DNA from: Candidatus Riflebacteria bacterium HGW-Riflebacteria-1
Lineage (GTDB): Bacteria; Muiribacteriota; Ozemobacteria; Ozemobacterales; Ozemobacteraceae
NCBI GenBank assembly: GCA_002839445.1
Contig: PGYB01000006.1
Location: 128,001-184,676 of the forward strand
Reading direction: 5' to 3'
Length of the DNA stretch: 56,676 nt
Shown: positions 18,381 to 27,597 of the stretch, piece by piece
Numbering within the stretch: the first letter of the stretch is position 1
Layout: each line of letters starts with the position of its first letter
Position numbers and translations under genes: made by a program
The notes under the pieces: model-generated
Database searches by the model: none
What the model saw: the letters and a program-made list of their open reading frames with translations, nothing else
Told to the model about the DNA's origin: nothing

Positions 18381-18560
18381 TAAATGAGCCTTTCAAGATG
18401 TTCGTAAAATTTAATATTCACTGTGCTTTTCTTCAGCTTTTTAGTTTAGGGGCAACACGAGCAGAGTGTCAAACTCAAAAATGTTTCGGTGTGCCGGCAC
18501 CGGGCTCAAGATGTGTTAAAATGCCAGAAGCTTTGAGTTCATTTTCATCAGGAGTTTGCC

Positions 18561-19883
18561 ATGCGAATACGGATCAAGAATCCCGATATCATGACGCTGA
18601 ACGCCGAGAGTCAAATTCTCAGCGGTGTCGATATATTTATTGATGCGGGAATGATCGTCGCATTGGGCGAGCCGCCAGAAGGTTTTGTGCCTGATGAGAC
18701 TATTGACGCAACGAATCACCTCGCATTGCCCGGCTTTTTCAACGCCCACTGCCATTCGCCGATGACATTTGAACGCGGCTGGGCGGAAGATCTGCCTCTT
18801 GATCGCTGGTTCAACGAACGGATCTGGGTAGCCGAATCGGCGTTGACAGATGAAGACGTCTATTGGGGAGCTGCACTTGCCGCATGCGAGATGATCAGAA
18901 GCGGTTGTGTCGGCTTCAATGACCATTACTTCTATATGGGCGAAGTTGCCAAAGTGGCAGCGCAGTCTGGAATGAAAGCTTCTCTGACCTGGTGCCAGTT
19001 CGGAATTGGCGATGACAAGGAAATTGGCACCAATCTTGACGGAGCGCTAAAGTTTGCCAGCGAACTCCAGAGCAGCTCGGAAGGCCGCATCAAGACGGTT
19101 TTGGGGCCTCACTCACCATACGTCTGCCCGCCGGATTTTCTCGCTGAAATCGGGCGAATCGCCAGAGAAACCGGGCTTGCCGTGCATATTCATGCTTCAG
19201 AATCACCTGAACAGGTTGCCAACTCGCTAAAATCGCTCGGAAAAACCCCCATTGAACATCTTGATTCCTGTGGACTGTTTGAAACCCGGGCAATTGTCGC
19301 TCATGCGCTGTATCTGACGGAAAATGACATCTCGATTCTTGCCCGGAAAAATGTTTCTGTGGCCCACTGCCCGCTTACCTACATGAAACTGGCAATGGGC
19401 GGAACTGATCTGCGACCTCTGCTTGCTGCCGGGGTAAATGTCGCTCTGGGAACCGACGGCCCCGGATCAAACAACGATATGGACATGAAGGAAGTGGTTC
19501 GCATGGCGACTCTGCTACAAAAATTCTACAACAACGATGCCGAGGCTCTGGCCGGTGATTTGCCCCTAAGAATGGCTACAGCAAACGGTGCCCGCGCCAT
19601 GGGTTTTGCGGACTCGGGAAGCATTGAAGTGGGAAAGTCGGCTGACATCGCCCTTTTTAACATGGACTCGCCACACTGGTATCCGAAACATAATCTCACC
19701 GCAAATCTTGTTCATTGCGCCAAAAACGGTGATATCAGGCATCTGCTCATTGCGGGGCAGCCAGTCATGAAAAACGGAAAGATTCTGACCCTTGACGAGG
19801 AGAGAATTACCTACGAAGCCGACTGGCGTGCCCGCGCAATGGTTCAGAAAAACATGCAGATTGTCCGCGAGTACAAGGCCTGA
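18561..19883 (+). CDS. Amidohydrolase superfamily, MTA/SAH deaminase-like (MtaD/chlorohydrolase subgroup)
   Basis: N-terminus IRIKNPDIMTLNAESQILSGVDIFIDAGMIVALGE, then PGFFNAHCHSPMT (HxH metal ligands), and later HAHASE and ...ALGTDGPGSNNDMDM.. motifs. AGGAG RBS upstream. Confidence 0.8.
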   Translation: MRIRIKNPDIMTLNAESQILSGVDIFIDAGMIVALGEPPEGFVPDETIDATNHLALPGFFNAHCHSPMTFERGWAEDLPLDRWFNERIWVAESALTDEDVYWGAALAACEMIRSGCVGFNDHYFYMGEVAKVAAQSGMKASLTWCQFGIGDDKEIGTNLDGALKFASELQSSSEGRIKTVLGPHSPYVCPPDFLAEIGRIARETGLAVHIHASESPEQVANSLKSLGKTPIEHLDSCGLFETRAIVAHALYLTENDISILARKNVSVAHCPLTYMKLAMGGTDLRPLLAAGVNVALGTDGPGSNNDMDMKEVVRMATLLQKFYNNDAEALAGDLPLRMATANGARAMGFADSGSIEVGKSADIALFNMDSPHWYPKHNLTANLVHCAKNGDIRHLLIAGQPVMKNGKILTLDEERITYEADWRARAMVQKNMQIVREYKA

Positions 19884-19917
19884 TAATCAGTGGCGCGGTC
19901 TGTTCTGGCAGCGGAGT

Positions 19918-21318
19918 TTATTCCTCGGCCTTTTTGCCGAACGGCATAAAAATCAGGTCGTCAGCGCTATTTGCCTTGCCGTCGCGACCGATGCTTGCCA
20001 GATACGGCTGATTATCGAGCTTGTAGACGAAAGGCTGGTTTCTGATCAGATCTGCGGGAAGGGGCTGGCCGAGCCACTTTTCGAGTTCCGGTAAATCTTT
20101 TGGCCAGACGCTGTTTTCAGCATGATAGACGTTGATGATCATTGCCATGGCCGCGCCGTTCAGCAGTATGCGGGTTTTGACATCGACCAGCGTGTAAAAC
20201 GGCAGAATATCGGTGAAGCCTTCAAGAATCATGTGGCGCGCTGATTTTTCAGCGAAGAAAAATGAATAGCCCTTAAACAGGCTGTCATGCCTTTTCTGCC
20301 ATGGATTATACTCGCGCTGGGCTACATGATACGGGCTCTCAAATGCATGAACGAGCTCATCATATATCTGATCAAGTTCTTCATTCAGAGTCTTTTTGTC
20401 GGCCAGCGCGCTACTGACGCTGGTCACTTCCCTGCCGTATTTTTTTAACGCGGTGCCCGAAGCGATGTCGTCAGCGATCTTTCTGGCAAAGGCAAGCGGA
20501 AGAGTCTTGTCAAAAGCCAGAACTTTGCTGACCTTAACAAAGCTCCTGTCGAGCCGGTCTAATTCAGCGAGCGCGCTGATCAATTCAGCTTTGGTCGCGC
20601 ACAGTGCTGCTGCATTCTCTATCAGGCCAACTGCGGCGATTTCCCTGATGACACATGACTTTAAGCGGCGCCCCTTGTCTGGATGGGAGAGTCGATCATT
20701 CTCCAAGGCAAGCGCCAGGTTGATAATGCCGCAGAAAGCGCGAAATGCATCTTGCCCCCTTCCCTGAGCTGCCAGAAGTCGGCCGCCGGCATACCAGAGA
20801 ATCGCTTCGTCGAGAACATCGTTAAAAGAAGTGGTGGCAGAAGCGAACACGACAGTCGAAGGCAGCGGCGGCTTGCCGCTGAAAGTGGTTTCTGGTGCTG
20901 CGAGATGCGAGAGCAGCTGATCAGGGAAGTTCGCGAGATCAGGAATCTTGCTGCACATGAGTTGAAAGGCTTCTGCATCAATTGGTGCCGGCGGCGGCGT
21001 AAAATCAAAACTGTTCTCGCGAATCAGATATGGCGAGAAAAAAGACTTTCGCCAGGTTTCCTTTTCACTAGCTGGCAGCTGAATGCCGGTCAGGTATTTT
21101 TTTAGAGCGTCGTCAGTCAGGCCATCACTAAGTTTATGCATGTTGTCGAGCGAAAGCGCCTCTGATGTGTCGAAAACCGCGGGCAGCTCATCGCTCAACT
21201 GGCTAAGCAAATTAACCGACCTTTGCGTGGCAAAGTAGCCAACAGCAAGAACGATAAGGGTGATAATTACGCGCAGCACCGCCCCGGATCTCGACGAAAA
21301 GAAAACAGGTCTGTTCAT
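19918..21318 (-). CDS. Hypothetical membrane-anchored protein
   Basis: Long ORF (466 aa) with an N-terminal TM helix (VLRVIITLIVLAVGYF). No recognisable motifs. Confidence 0.5.
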   Translation of the reverse strand: MNRPVFFSSRSGAVLRVIITLIVLAVGYFATQRSVNLLSQLSDELPAVFDTSEALSLDNMHKLSDGLTDDALKKYLTGIQLPASEKETWRKSFFSPYLIRENSFDFTPPPAPIDAEAFQLMCSKIPDLANFPDQLLSHLAAPETTFSGKPPLPSTVVFASATTSFNDVLDEAILWYAGGRLLAAQGRGQDAFRAFCGIINLALALENDRLSHPDKGRRLKSCVIREIAAVGLIENAAALCATKAELISALAELDRLDRSFVKVSKVLAFDKTLPLAFARKIADDIASGTALKKYGREVTSVSSALADKKTLNEELDQIYDELVHAFESPYHVAQREYNPWQKRHDSLFKGYSFFFAEKSARHMILEGFTDILPFYTLVDVKTRILLNGAAMAMIINVYHAENSVWPKDLPELEKWLGQPLPADLIRNQPFVYKLDNQPYLASIGRDGKANSADDLIFMPFGKKAEE

Positions 21319-21494
21319 TTTTGTATCCTCTACACAGGTTTATGATTCAGAATATGAGAAAGCTGTAAAAATGACAAATAAAAACAAAGAACAAAGCAAC
21401 TTGCAGAGTATGATTTCATTGCGATTAGATCTGAGTTGATCCCAAATTTGCAAAATATTGTAAATATTTCACCAGATGCTGGCAATCTGCTCTT

Positions 21495-22778
21495 CTATTC
21501 AAAATGGCACTCGATGATGCGTGCAATGTAGCTTTTTTCAGCCAGGGCACGTAGAACATTGTGAAAATCATCCTGGTGTGTGGAGCCGATACATAGACAC
21601 TCGCCTTTGCCCGCACCGATTCTGCCACGCGAACCCGGCATGAACTGAACCGTCTTGTCAATGGCCTTGATCTCAGCTCGGCAGACATCGTTATCCGGAA
21701 TGCAGAATTCATAAGACACGGCAACCTTGCCGTCAGACGGTCCGCGCAGACCGTCTTCGTCAAGCAGGCTTACAGCAAATTCAATCTTGCGCCAGGAGTT
21801 CAGGACTGCCGGTTTCTCAAGAATGGCGAAATCGACAATAACCGGGAAATGGTCAGACTTTACATCAGGGCCGATAGCTCGGCGCAACACGACTATGTCA
21901 GGCGAATGCAGAATATGATCCAGCGGAATGCGCAAAAACGGGTTGTTGTTGGGCCATGATGGCTGAACACCGTATCCCTGAGAACTGTCACGCAGCCCGG
22001 TTTCCCGTAACAGTTTTCTGAAATTGTAGCTCCAGGGAGTAAGATTTAAGTCGCCGATCAGCAGCGTCGGCTGTGCTGAGTCAACGTATTTGGGAAGCTG
22101 CTCGAGCTGGTCGTTGCGCAATCCTGCGTATTCACTGCTGACAGGCGGCAGCGGATGCGTCGCGAGAATATGCAGATCGCCTTGCTCAGTCTTCACTACT
22201 GCAAGAATTGATGGAACGCCGATGCCGGGGAGGTTGATTACTGTGCTTTCGGCAAAAGGAAGCCTGCTGAAAAGGGCTATGCCGAAATTATCATCTCTGG
22301 GTTCGGCCAGCGAATGAGGGTAAGAGGTGTGGAGCCACGCAAGATCGCTCAACCATTTCGAGTTGGTTTCTTCGAGCACGATAATGTCTGGATTGGTATT
22401 GCGAATGAATTCGCTGATCTTTGCTGGGTCACCAAGGCGTGTATTCACATTGACAAGCACAGCGCGAAGCGGCGGTGAGCCAGCAGGCGGCGTGTTCTGC
22501 CCTGCAAAATACAGCGGAATCACCTGCGTAAGGTTGATAAAGGCGAATCCCAGAAAGATGAATGCGGTTTTGCGGCGCCCCGCCATCAGCAGAGCAATAC
22601 CAAATACCGTCAGAACAACCAGATACTGCACGCGAAAATGCGAAAAGAGGTCAAGAACCCATGACAGCCGACCAGAAAATCCAAGCAGCGTTGCCGCGCA
22701 GAAGACTGCCCCAGCCAACGTGCCAAGGGTCCACGGCGGGAGACTTCCCCTTAAAATACCTGATGAATTCTCGTTCAT
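21495..22778 (-). CDS. Membrane-anchored endonuclease/exonuclease/phosphatase (EEP)-family protein with C-terminal Cys-containing extension
   Basis: Three N-terminal TM helices. EEP signature elements (LVNVN...IIVLEE..., LLIGDLNLTPWS, SDHFPVIVDF). About 95 extra C-terminal residues contain CxC and CxxxxxC. Confidence 0.6.
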   Translation of the reverse strand: MNENSSGILRGSLPPWTLGTLAGAVFCAATLLGFSGRLSWVLDLFSHFRVQYLVVLTVFGIALLMAGRRKTAFIFLGFAFINLTQVIPLYFAGQNTPPAGSPPLRAVLVNVNTRLGDPAKISEFIRNTNPDIIVLEETNSKWLSDLAWLHTSYPHSLAEPRDDNFGIALFSRLPFAESTVINLPGIGVPSILAVVKTEQGDLHILATHPLPPVSSEYAGLRNDQLEQLPKYVDSAQPTLLIGDLNLTPWSYNFRKLLRETGLRDSSQGYGVQPSWPNNNPFLRIPLDHILHSPDIVVLRRAIGPDVKSDHFPVIVDFAILEKPAVLNSWRKIEFAVSLLDEDGLRGPSDGKVAVSYEFCIPDNDVCRAEIKAIDKTVQFMPGSRGRIGAGKGECLCIGSTHQDDFHNVLRALAEKSYIARIIECHFE

Positions 22779-22990
22779 AATTTCTGGCCGAATATCTTTC
22801 AGGGTAACAATTATTCTGCTCGATCGCAGTTAATGCATTATTTCACCTATGCAAAAAATATGCAAACCGATAACAGGCAAATTGCTCTGATAAATTGCCC
22901 GACAGTCTAATGTTCAGCAATTCTCGGTCAAAAATCCACATTGCATATCTTCGTGCTCAGCAAGGTTGTAATCGTAATCGACCTCAAGCC

Positions 22991-23078
22991 GTCATCCTGC
23001 GCGCAGTCGCAGGATCCAGAATGGCAATTAAAGACCTGGATTCTGCGACTTCGCGTTGCTACGCGCATAATGACAGAA
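22991..23078 (+). repeat. REP/MITE-like nested-palindrome element, copy A
   Basis: GTCATCCTGCGCGCAGTCGCAGGATCCAGAATGGCAATTAAAGACCTGGATTCTGCGACTTCGCGTTGCTACGCGCATAATGAC. Inner arms CAGTCGCAGGATCCAG / CTGGATTCTGCGACT and outer arms GTCATCCTGCGCG / CGCGCATAATGAC are reverse complements. Confidence 0.6.
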
Positions 23079-23144
23079 AGAAGGTATGATTTTCGGGAAA
23101 ATCAAAAATTTGCGGGCTGGCGGTATTTTCATTATACTGAGTAA

Positions 23145-24692
23145 ATGCAAAACAGTATTGTCAACTATACGCGCAAGTTATTCATCGGCATGGCTATGGT
23201 CAGCAGCTTTCTGCTGACCGTCTCAGAGCTGCCCGCATGGGACTGCAACGAAACCCACCCCCTGATCAACGCTTACGCTTATGAGCACTTTGTTGCCAGG
23301 TGCAAGGCCGGCCATTTTGCCGACAAGTTTAAAAACATGCAGCTGGACAACCAGACCCAGTTCGCCGGTCTTACCTACAGTAAGGCGGTTAAACTAGAGC
23401 CTTCAACCGAGGGAAAGACAATCAGCGCGGTTGGCGTGTTTTCGCAATGGCTTGAGCGCGGCGGGCGCGATGCCGATATTCCGCAGCTCAGAATGGGCTT
23501 TCGCCATTTTTATGACCCAGTCTATGAGCCTCGTTACCTGACCTGGCTGCGCCGAAAAATTATTACCCCTGATAAAAAGAAATTCAGCAGCGAAAAAGAA
23601 CTTTTCGACTCGTATAATTACAAGGCCGACGACTGGAATCCTAATCTCGAATTCGGCAGTGTTACCCGCAATGTTCGCCTGCTTCCAAAAGTCTTTAGAC
23701 CCGAAATTGACGCGATAACCTGGGCGATGAACCACGAAGAGAACGAGCATTCATGGCTCAACGGCAAACTTGCCTACAAAGCCGCCATGGAAAACGACAG
23801 CAGCGCTTTTGGCAAACTGAATCGCAGTCAGATGTTTGGCAAGGCATTCAGAGCCCTCGGCGAAACCATGCACCTGATGGCTGACATGAGCCAGCCGGCG
23901 CATACCCGCGCTGACAGTCACTCGGCCTATGAACCGATAGAAGAAACGGTTAATGCTAAAATGGTGCGAAAAGTTATGGGTGACACGCACAAAAAGGCAG
24001 ATTTCAAGCCGGTTTCTGAGTATGAGATCGAAGAAGGCCTGGCGCCAGATCAGCTTATGGCTAAGGTCGCGGCGTTTACCAATGCTAATTTTTTCAGCAA
24101 TGACACTATTTTCGATTACAACAAATGGGTTTTCCCGCGCCTCAAAAAACGCCCCTACCCCGCTCCACAGTTGTCTAAGCTTCGCCACGAAGCCGGTATC
24201 TATTACACCTGGTTCGAAAGCGTCGGCTGGGTGCCACTTGCCAAAGAGACAGGCTCGATGTTTTCTAAGGTTCTCAATGATAATGACAAATTTGGCCGCA
24301 AAAACCCGAAGTTCAATGTAATGCCTTATTTTGCGGAAAAGCAGGCACAGGTGCTGATTCCGCTGGCAGTTTATAACTGCGCCGAGCTGATCAGGGCTTT
24401 TATTCCGCGCTTCAGCATGCAGGCCAGCCTGCGCAATGTTTCGGGCACAACTTATGAATTGCAAGGCGAGCTGATTCACCACGCTGGCGACGATCCTGAA
24501 TGGCAGGATATCGGAGCGATAAGATATACTGGCGAAGGTTTCGTAAAGGTAAACAACCAGTGGCAGCGTTGCGAATTTATTGATGGCCAGCTGAAACCGG
24601 CACGTCTCGAACTCAAGCCGGGCGACCAGGTCAAGCTGAGTATTCGCAACGGCGCGGTGATTGTAAGCAGCGAAAGTGTAATCGCCCGCTGA
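23145..24692 (+). CDS. Secreted protein, probable zinc-dependent phospholipase C / S1-P1 nuclease fold
   Basis: A signal peptide ends ...SELPA|WDCNETHPLINAYAYEHF. The mature N-terminal Trp followed by His, and a later HLMADMSQPAH (H-x3-D-x5-H) motif, mirror the W1/H and H118-D122-H128 zinc ligands of Zn-PLC/P1 nuclease. The remaining metal ligands were not mapped. Confidence 0.45.
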   Translation: MQNSIVNYTRKLFIGMAMVSSFLLTVSELPAWDCNETHPLINAYAYEHFVARCKAGHFADKFKNMQLDNQTQFAGLTYSKAVKLEPSTEGKTISAVGVFSQWLERGGRDADIPQLRMGFRHFYDPVYEPRYLTWLRRKIITPDKKKFSSEKELFDSYNYKADDWNPNLEFGSVTRNVRLLPKVFRPEIDAITWAMNHEENEHSWLNGKLAYKAAMENDSSAFGKLNRSQMFGKAFRALGETMHLMADMSQPAHTRADSHSAYEPIEETVNAKMVRKVMGDTHKKADFKPVSEYEIEEGLAPDQLMAKVAAFTNANFFSNDTIFDYNKWVFPRLKKRPYPAPQLSKLRHEAGIYYTWFESVGWVPLAKETGSMFSKVLNDNDKFGRKNPKFNVMPYFAEKQAQVLIPLAVYNCAELIRAFIPRFSMQASLRNVSGTTYELQGELIHHAGDDPEWQDIGAIRYTGEGFVKVNNQWQRCEFIDGQLKPARLELKPGDQVKLSIRNGAVIVSSESVIAR

Positions 24693-24861
24693 TCCCCACC
24701 GGGGCAGCGTTGCTACTATTCACAAAAAATTCGTTTTCGCAGACACCAGGGCGCCTGAAGTGCAGTGAGCCAGATTCGATTACGATTACGATTGCGAGCA
24801 CGAGCTCGAAATGACAGGGCAATACCAAAGGTATTTACTGACAAAATGAGTGGAGTTGGTA

Positions 24862-25692
24862 TTAGAGGCTTTGCAGGCGCTTGTCGATGTAACTGTTTAC
24901 CGAAGCAAAAACGTTTTTAACTTCTGTGCAGTCGGGAAGAAATGCCTGCAGAACATTCAGGTAACCGCGTTCCCTGAGACGCCGCAGGGTTGGCGCGAAA
25001 TTGATATCATACACCCAGCCAGTCTGCAGCAATTTAAAGTCATTCAGGGTTTTGAGGTCTTCGAAGAGCACAGTCTCGCCATTCATGATGCTCGTGTAGA
25101 CTTCTGGCGAAATGCCCGGCGAATCAGGCAGATGCAGCTCAAGCCCGGCGTTGATTTTTCCTGATGTTCTCTGCTGGTAATAGTCGGTTGCGACCCACCA
25201 GATATCAAGCTTGTCGGCATCGCGCAGCAGACGGGCGTGCAAAATGCTTCGCGAGTCAAGGGCGTCAGACAATACCGCCTGGTTGTGAAGAGCAATGCTT
25301 TTGAAAATGAGAATTCGCTCTGATTCGTTGAGACGCAGCAGAATATCTTTGCCGCGCAAAATGCCGACGCCAAAGGCTGCGTGATTGACCGACCGTTTGT
25401 CTGAAAATGTCCGGTAACGCCAGAATTGTTCAAATCTGCCGACATCATGAAACAGAGCAGCAGTCTCGGCAAGCCAGAGATCGGGACCGACAAGCCCGAG
25501 ATCAGTAGCTATTTCGACAGCCGCACGACAGACCCGCTGCGTGTGCTGGTATTTGAGGTCGATGTTCATCTTGACTTCGGGATCGTCAGATACAAAAGTC
25601 TCTACATAAGCATCAAACCAGTCTTTAAAATACTTGAGATCTTCAGGACTAATAGGTCTTGCGGCAGCGTTGCTGCAATCAGTACCGTGCAT
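24862..25692 (-). CDS. HD-domain metal-dependent phosphohydrolase
   Basis: HTQRVCRAAVEIATDLGL...AALFHDVGR (H...HD motif) and a later DADKLD. Confidence 0.8.
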   Translation of the reverse strand: MHGTDCSNAAARPISPEDLKYFKDWFDAYVETFVSDDPEVKMNIDLKYQHTQRVCRAAVEIATDLGLVGPDLWLAETAALFHDVGRFEQFWRYRTFSDKRSVNHAAFGVGILRGKDILLRLNESERILIFKSIALHNQAVLSDALDSRSILHARLLRDADKLDIWWVATDYYQQRTSGKINAGLELHLPDSPGISPEVYTSIMNGETVLFEDLKTLNDFKLLQTGWVYDINFAPTLRRLRERGYLNVLQAFLPDCTEVKNVFASVNSYIDKRLQSL

Positions 25693-25896
25693 ATATTCAC
25701 CTGTCTGTCCTACCCTGAAGTTGGGCGACAGCTAATTCAAATGTGCTTAACAAAATCAATTGTAAGACTTTCTATCGTCATATGCAATGTATTGCTCTAT
25801 AGAAGCAGCAACAATTCATCTGACTATTAGAGGCGACTCGTGCAAGATGCAAATGCGAGTCTACCTTTTTTTATTCAAACCGGTTAAAAGAAACAG

Positions 25897-27330
25897 TTAA
25901 ACCTTGAGTATCTTTAAGATACCGGACCACAGGCCTTGGAGAAATTCGGTTATCTTCGCGATCAGCTGCTCGATCAATTCTACAGCTGCGGCATTATTTT
26001 CTTCGGTGTCACCAGATTCGTCGTTTTCTTCGACCTCGTCGCCTGAATTGTCACTGGTATCGGCTTCTTCGTCTGAGCTGGTGTTTTCGTCTGTATCAAC
26101 GTCTTCATCGGCCTCTTCTTCTTCGACAGTGGCTTCATCGCTCGGATCTTCATTATCGTTATCATCTTTGTCGTCGTCGTTATCTTCGTTTTTGCCATCG
26201 TTCTTTTCATCATTTTTGTCGTCGTTCTTGCTGGCGTCAGAACTATTTTCGGGCTTATCAGGCTTGTCTTTCTTTACCTTGTGCTTGAAAACGCGTTCGT
26301 ATTTTTTGGCGTATTTTCCGGTTTTTGCGTTATAAGTTCGCACCTTTGCCCGGGCAGGCGTAAGGTCGAGCACGCGCATCCAGGCCGAATTCGTTCCAAT
26401 GGCGGGGGTATGTATGACGGTGACTTTGCCGACCTTATTAGCCGGGTTATGGTATTCATTCGATGCTGGCCCGATGTGCAGATGACCGGATACCCAGAGG
26501 AATACCTGCGGGTTGTTTCTGAGAATTTCTCTTATTTTGCCTGCCGGCTGCGCATTAGAATTGTGCGGCCCAAGTTTTCTTTCTTTTACATAACTGCCCT
26601 CTAATGGCGCGTGGCAGAATATAATGGTTGGCACATCGCGGTTTTTCTTGAGAGTCTCTTTAAGAAAATTCAGCGCGCCAGTTGACAGGCTGACCAGCCA
26701 CTTGCCTTTCAGGTCATCGTTTGGCAGAAACACGAGCAGATGACCGCCGACTTTTCGCGAAAAGCGCAGGCTTTTGAGTTTGAGAGCCTTGCGGAAGCGC
26801 TCAAGCTTGGCCTTGCGCTCAGCCGGAGAAGTGCGCAGTTTCAAGTTATTCTTGCCAAAAAAGTCACGGTAAAGTATGTCGTGGTTGCCAGGAACGGCAA
26901 ATATCGGCACTTTGAAGCGGCTGACGAGCTTTATCATCTCTGAGTATTCAGCTGGCGAGCCGATTTTTCGGCAGAGATCGCCGGTTATGGCGACGGCGTA
27001 TATGCCAGGCAATTCGTTAATAGCCTTAACTGCAGTCTGCAGCATTTTCTGTTTGCTGTCCTGAACGTGCAGGTCGGCGATTACCGCGACTTTTGCCGGT
27101 CTGTCGTCGCTGTCGTAAATTACCTTCTTTGCATTGGCGCTGGCGCTGGCGTTGGCAGCATCAGCCGCGCCGCCCTGTTTGAGCTGGAATTTACCCTCGC
27201 TCGCGAACGGACTATCAAATTCAGCGTAGCCTGCGGAACAGCAGATAACGCTCAAAACCAGCAGAACGAGACCTGTCAGTAAGGCTTTGCGGTTATAAGA
27301 CATAGATCGTCTCCTCAATGCTTTTTTCAA
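25897..27330 (-). CDS. Secreted calcineurin-like metallophosphoesterase with ~120-aa acidic low-complexity C-terminal tail
   Basis: Signal peptide. Metallophosphoesterase motifs: GDLHV.., GDL(C), VPGNHD, GHLH. C-terminus DKNDEKNDGKNEDNDDDKDDNDNEDPSDEATVEEEEADEDVD..., then an amphipathic helix. Confidence 0.75.
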   Translation of the reverse strand: MKKALRRRSMSYNRKALLTGLVLLVLSVICCSAGYAEFDSPFASEGKFQLKQGGAADAANASASANAKKVIYDSDDRPAKVAVIADLHVQDSKQKMLQTAVKAINELPGIYAVAITGDLCRKIGSPAEYSEMIKLVSRFKVPIFAVPGNHDILYRDFFGKNNLKLRTSPAERKAKLERFRKALKLKSLRFSRKVGGHLLVFLPNDDLKGKWLVSLSTGALNFLKETLKKNRDVPTIIFCHAPLEGSYVKERKLGPHNSNAQPAGKIREILRNNPQVFLWVSGHLHIGPASNEYHNPANKVGKVTVIHTPAIGTNSAWMRVLDLTPARAKVRTYNAKTGKYAKKYERVFKHKVKKDKPDKPENSSDASKNDDKNDEKNDGKNEDNDDDKDDNDNEDPSDEATVEEEEADEDVDTDENTSSDEEADTSDNSGDEVEENDESGDTEENNAAAVELIEQLIAKITEFLQGLWSGILKILKV

Positions 27331-27395
27331 CTTACTATATTACTCTACAAACACTAAAAAAGTTTCGCTGCAACATTTTTCAGAAAAACCAAGCT

Positions 27396-27478
27396 GTCAT
27401 GCGCGCAGTCGCAGGATCCAGAATGGCAATAAAAACATGTATTCTGCGACTGCGCTTTGCTACGCGCATAATGACAGA
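27396..27478 (+). repeat. REP/MITE-like nested-palindrome element, copy B (inner 3' arm partly deleted)
   Basis: GTCATGCGCGCAGTCGCAGGATCCAGAATGGCAATAAAAACATGTATTCTGCGACTGCGCTTTGCTACGCGCATAATGAC, ~85% identical to copy A. Lies 120 bp upstream of the symporter gene. Confidence 0.6.
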
Positions 27479-27597
27479 GAGAGGGTGCGCGGGCAGCCCG
27501 TTAACATTGCTACAAACAGTGGCTGCAAAACTTTCGAGACATTATTGATGCTACATGGTAAAGTTGGCATCTACATTTTTGGACAGGATACCACATT

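Noticed and set aside
25826-25872. Hairpin plus T7 run (GACTCG-N15-CGAGTC-tacc-TTTTTTT) resembling a +strand intrinsic terminator
   Set aside because: No +strand gene ends nearby, since both neighbours are on the minus strand. The 15-nt loop is long for an intrinsic terminator. It could be a bidirectional attenuator or coincidence, and there is not enough support to call it a feature.
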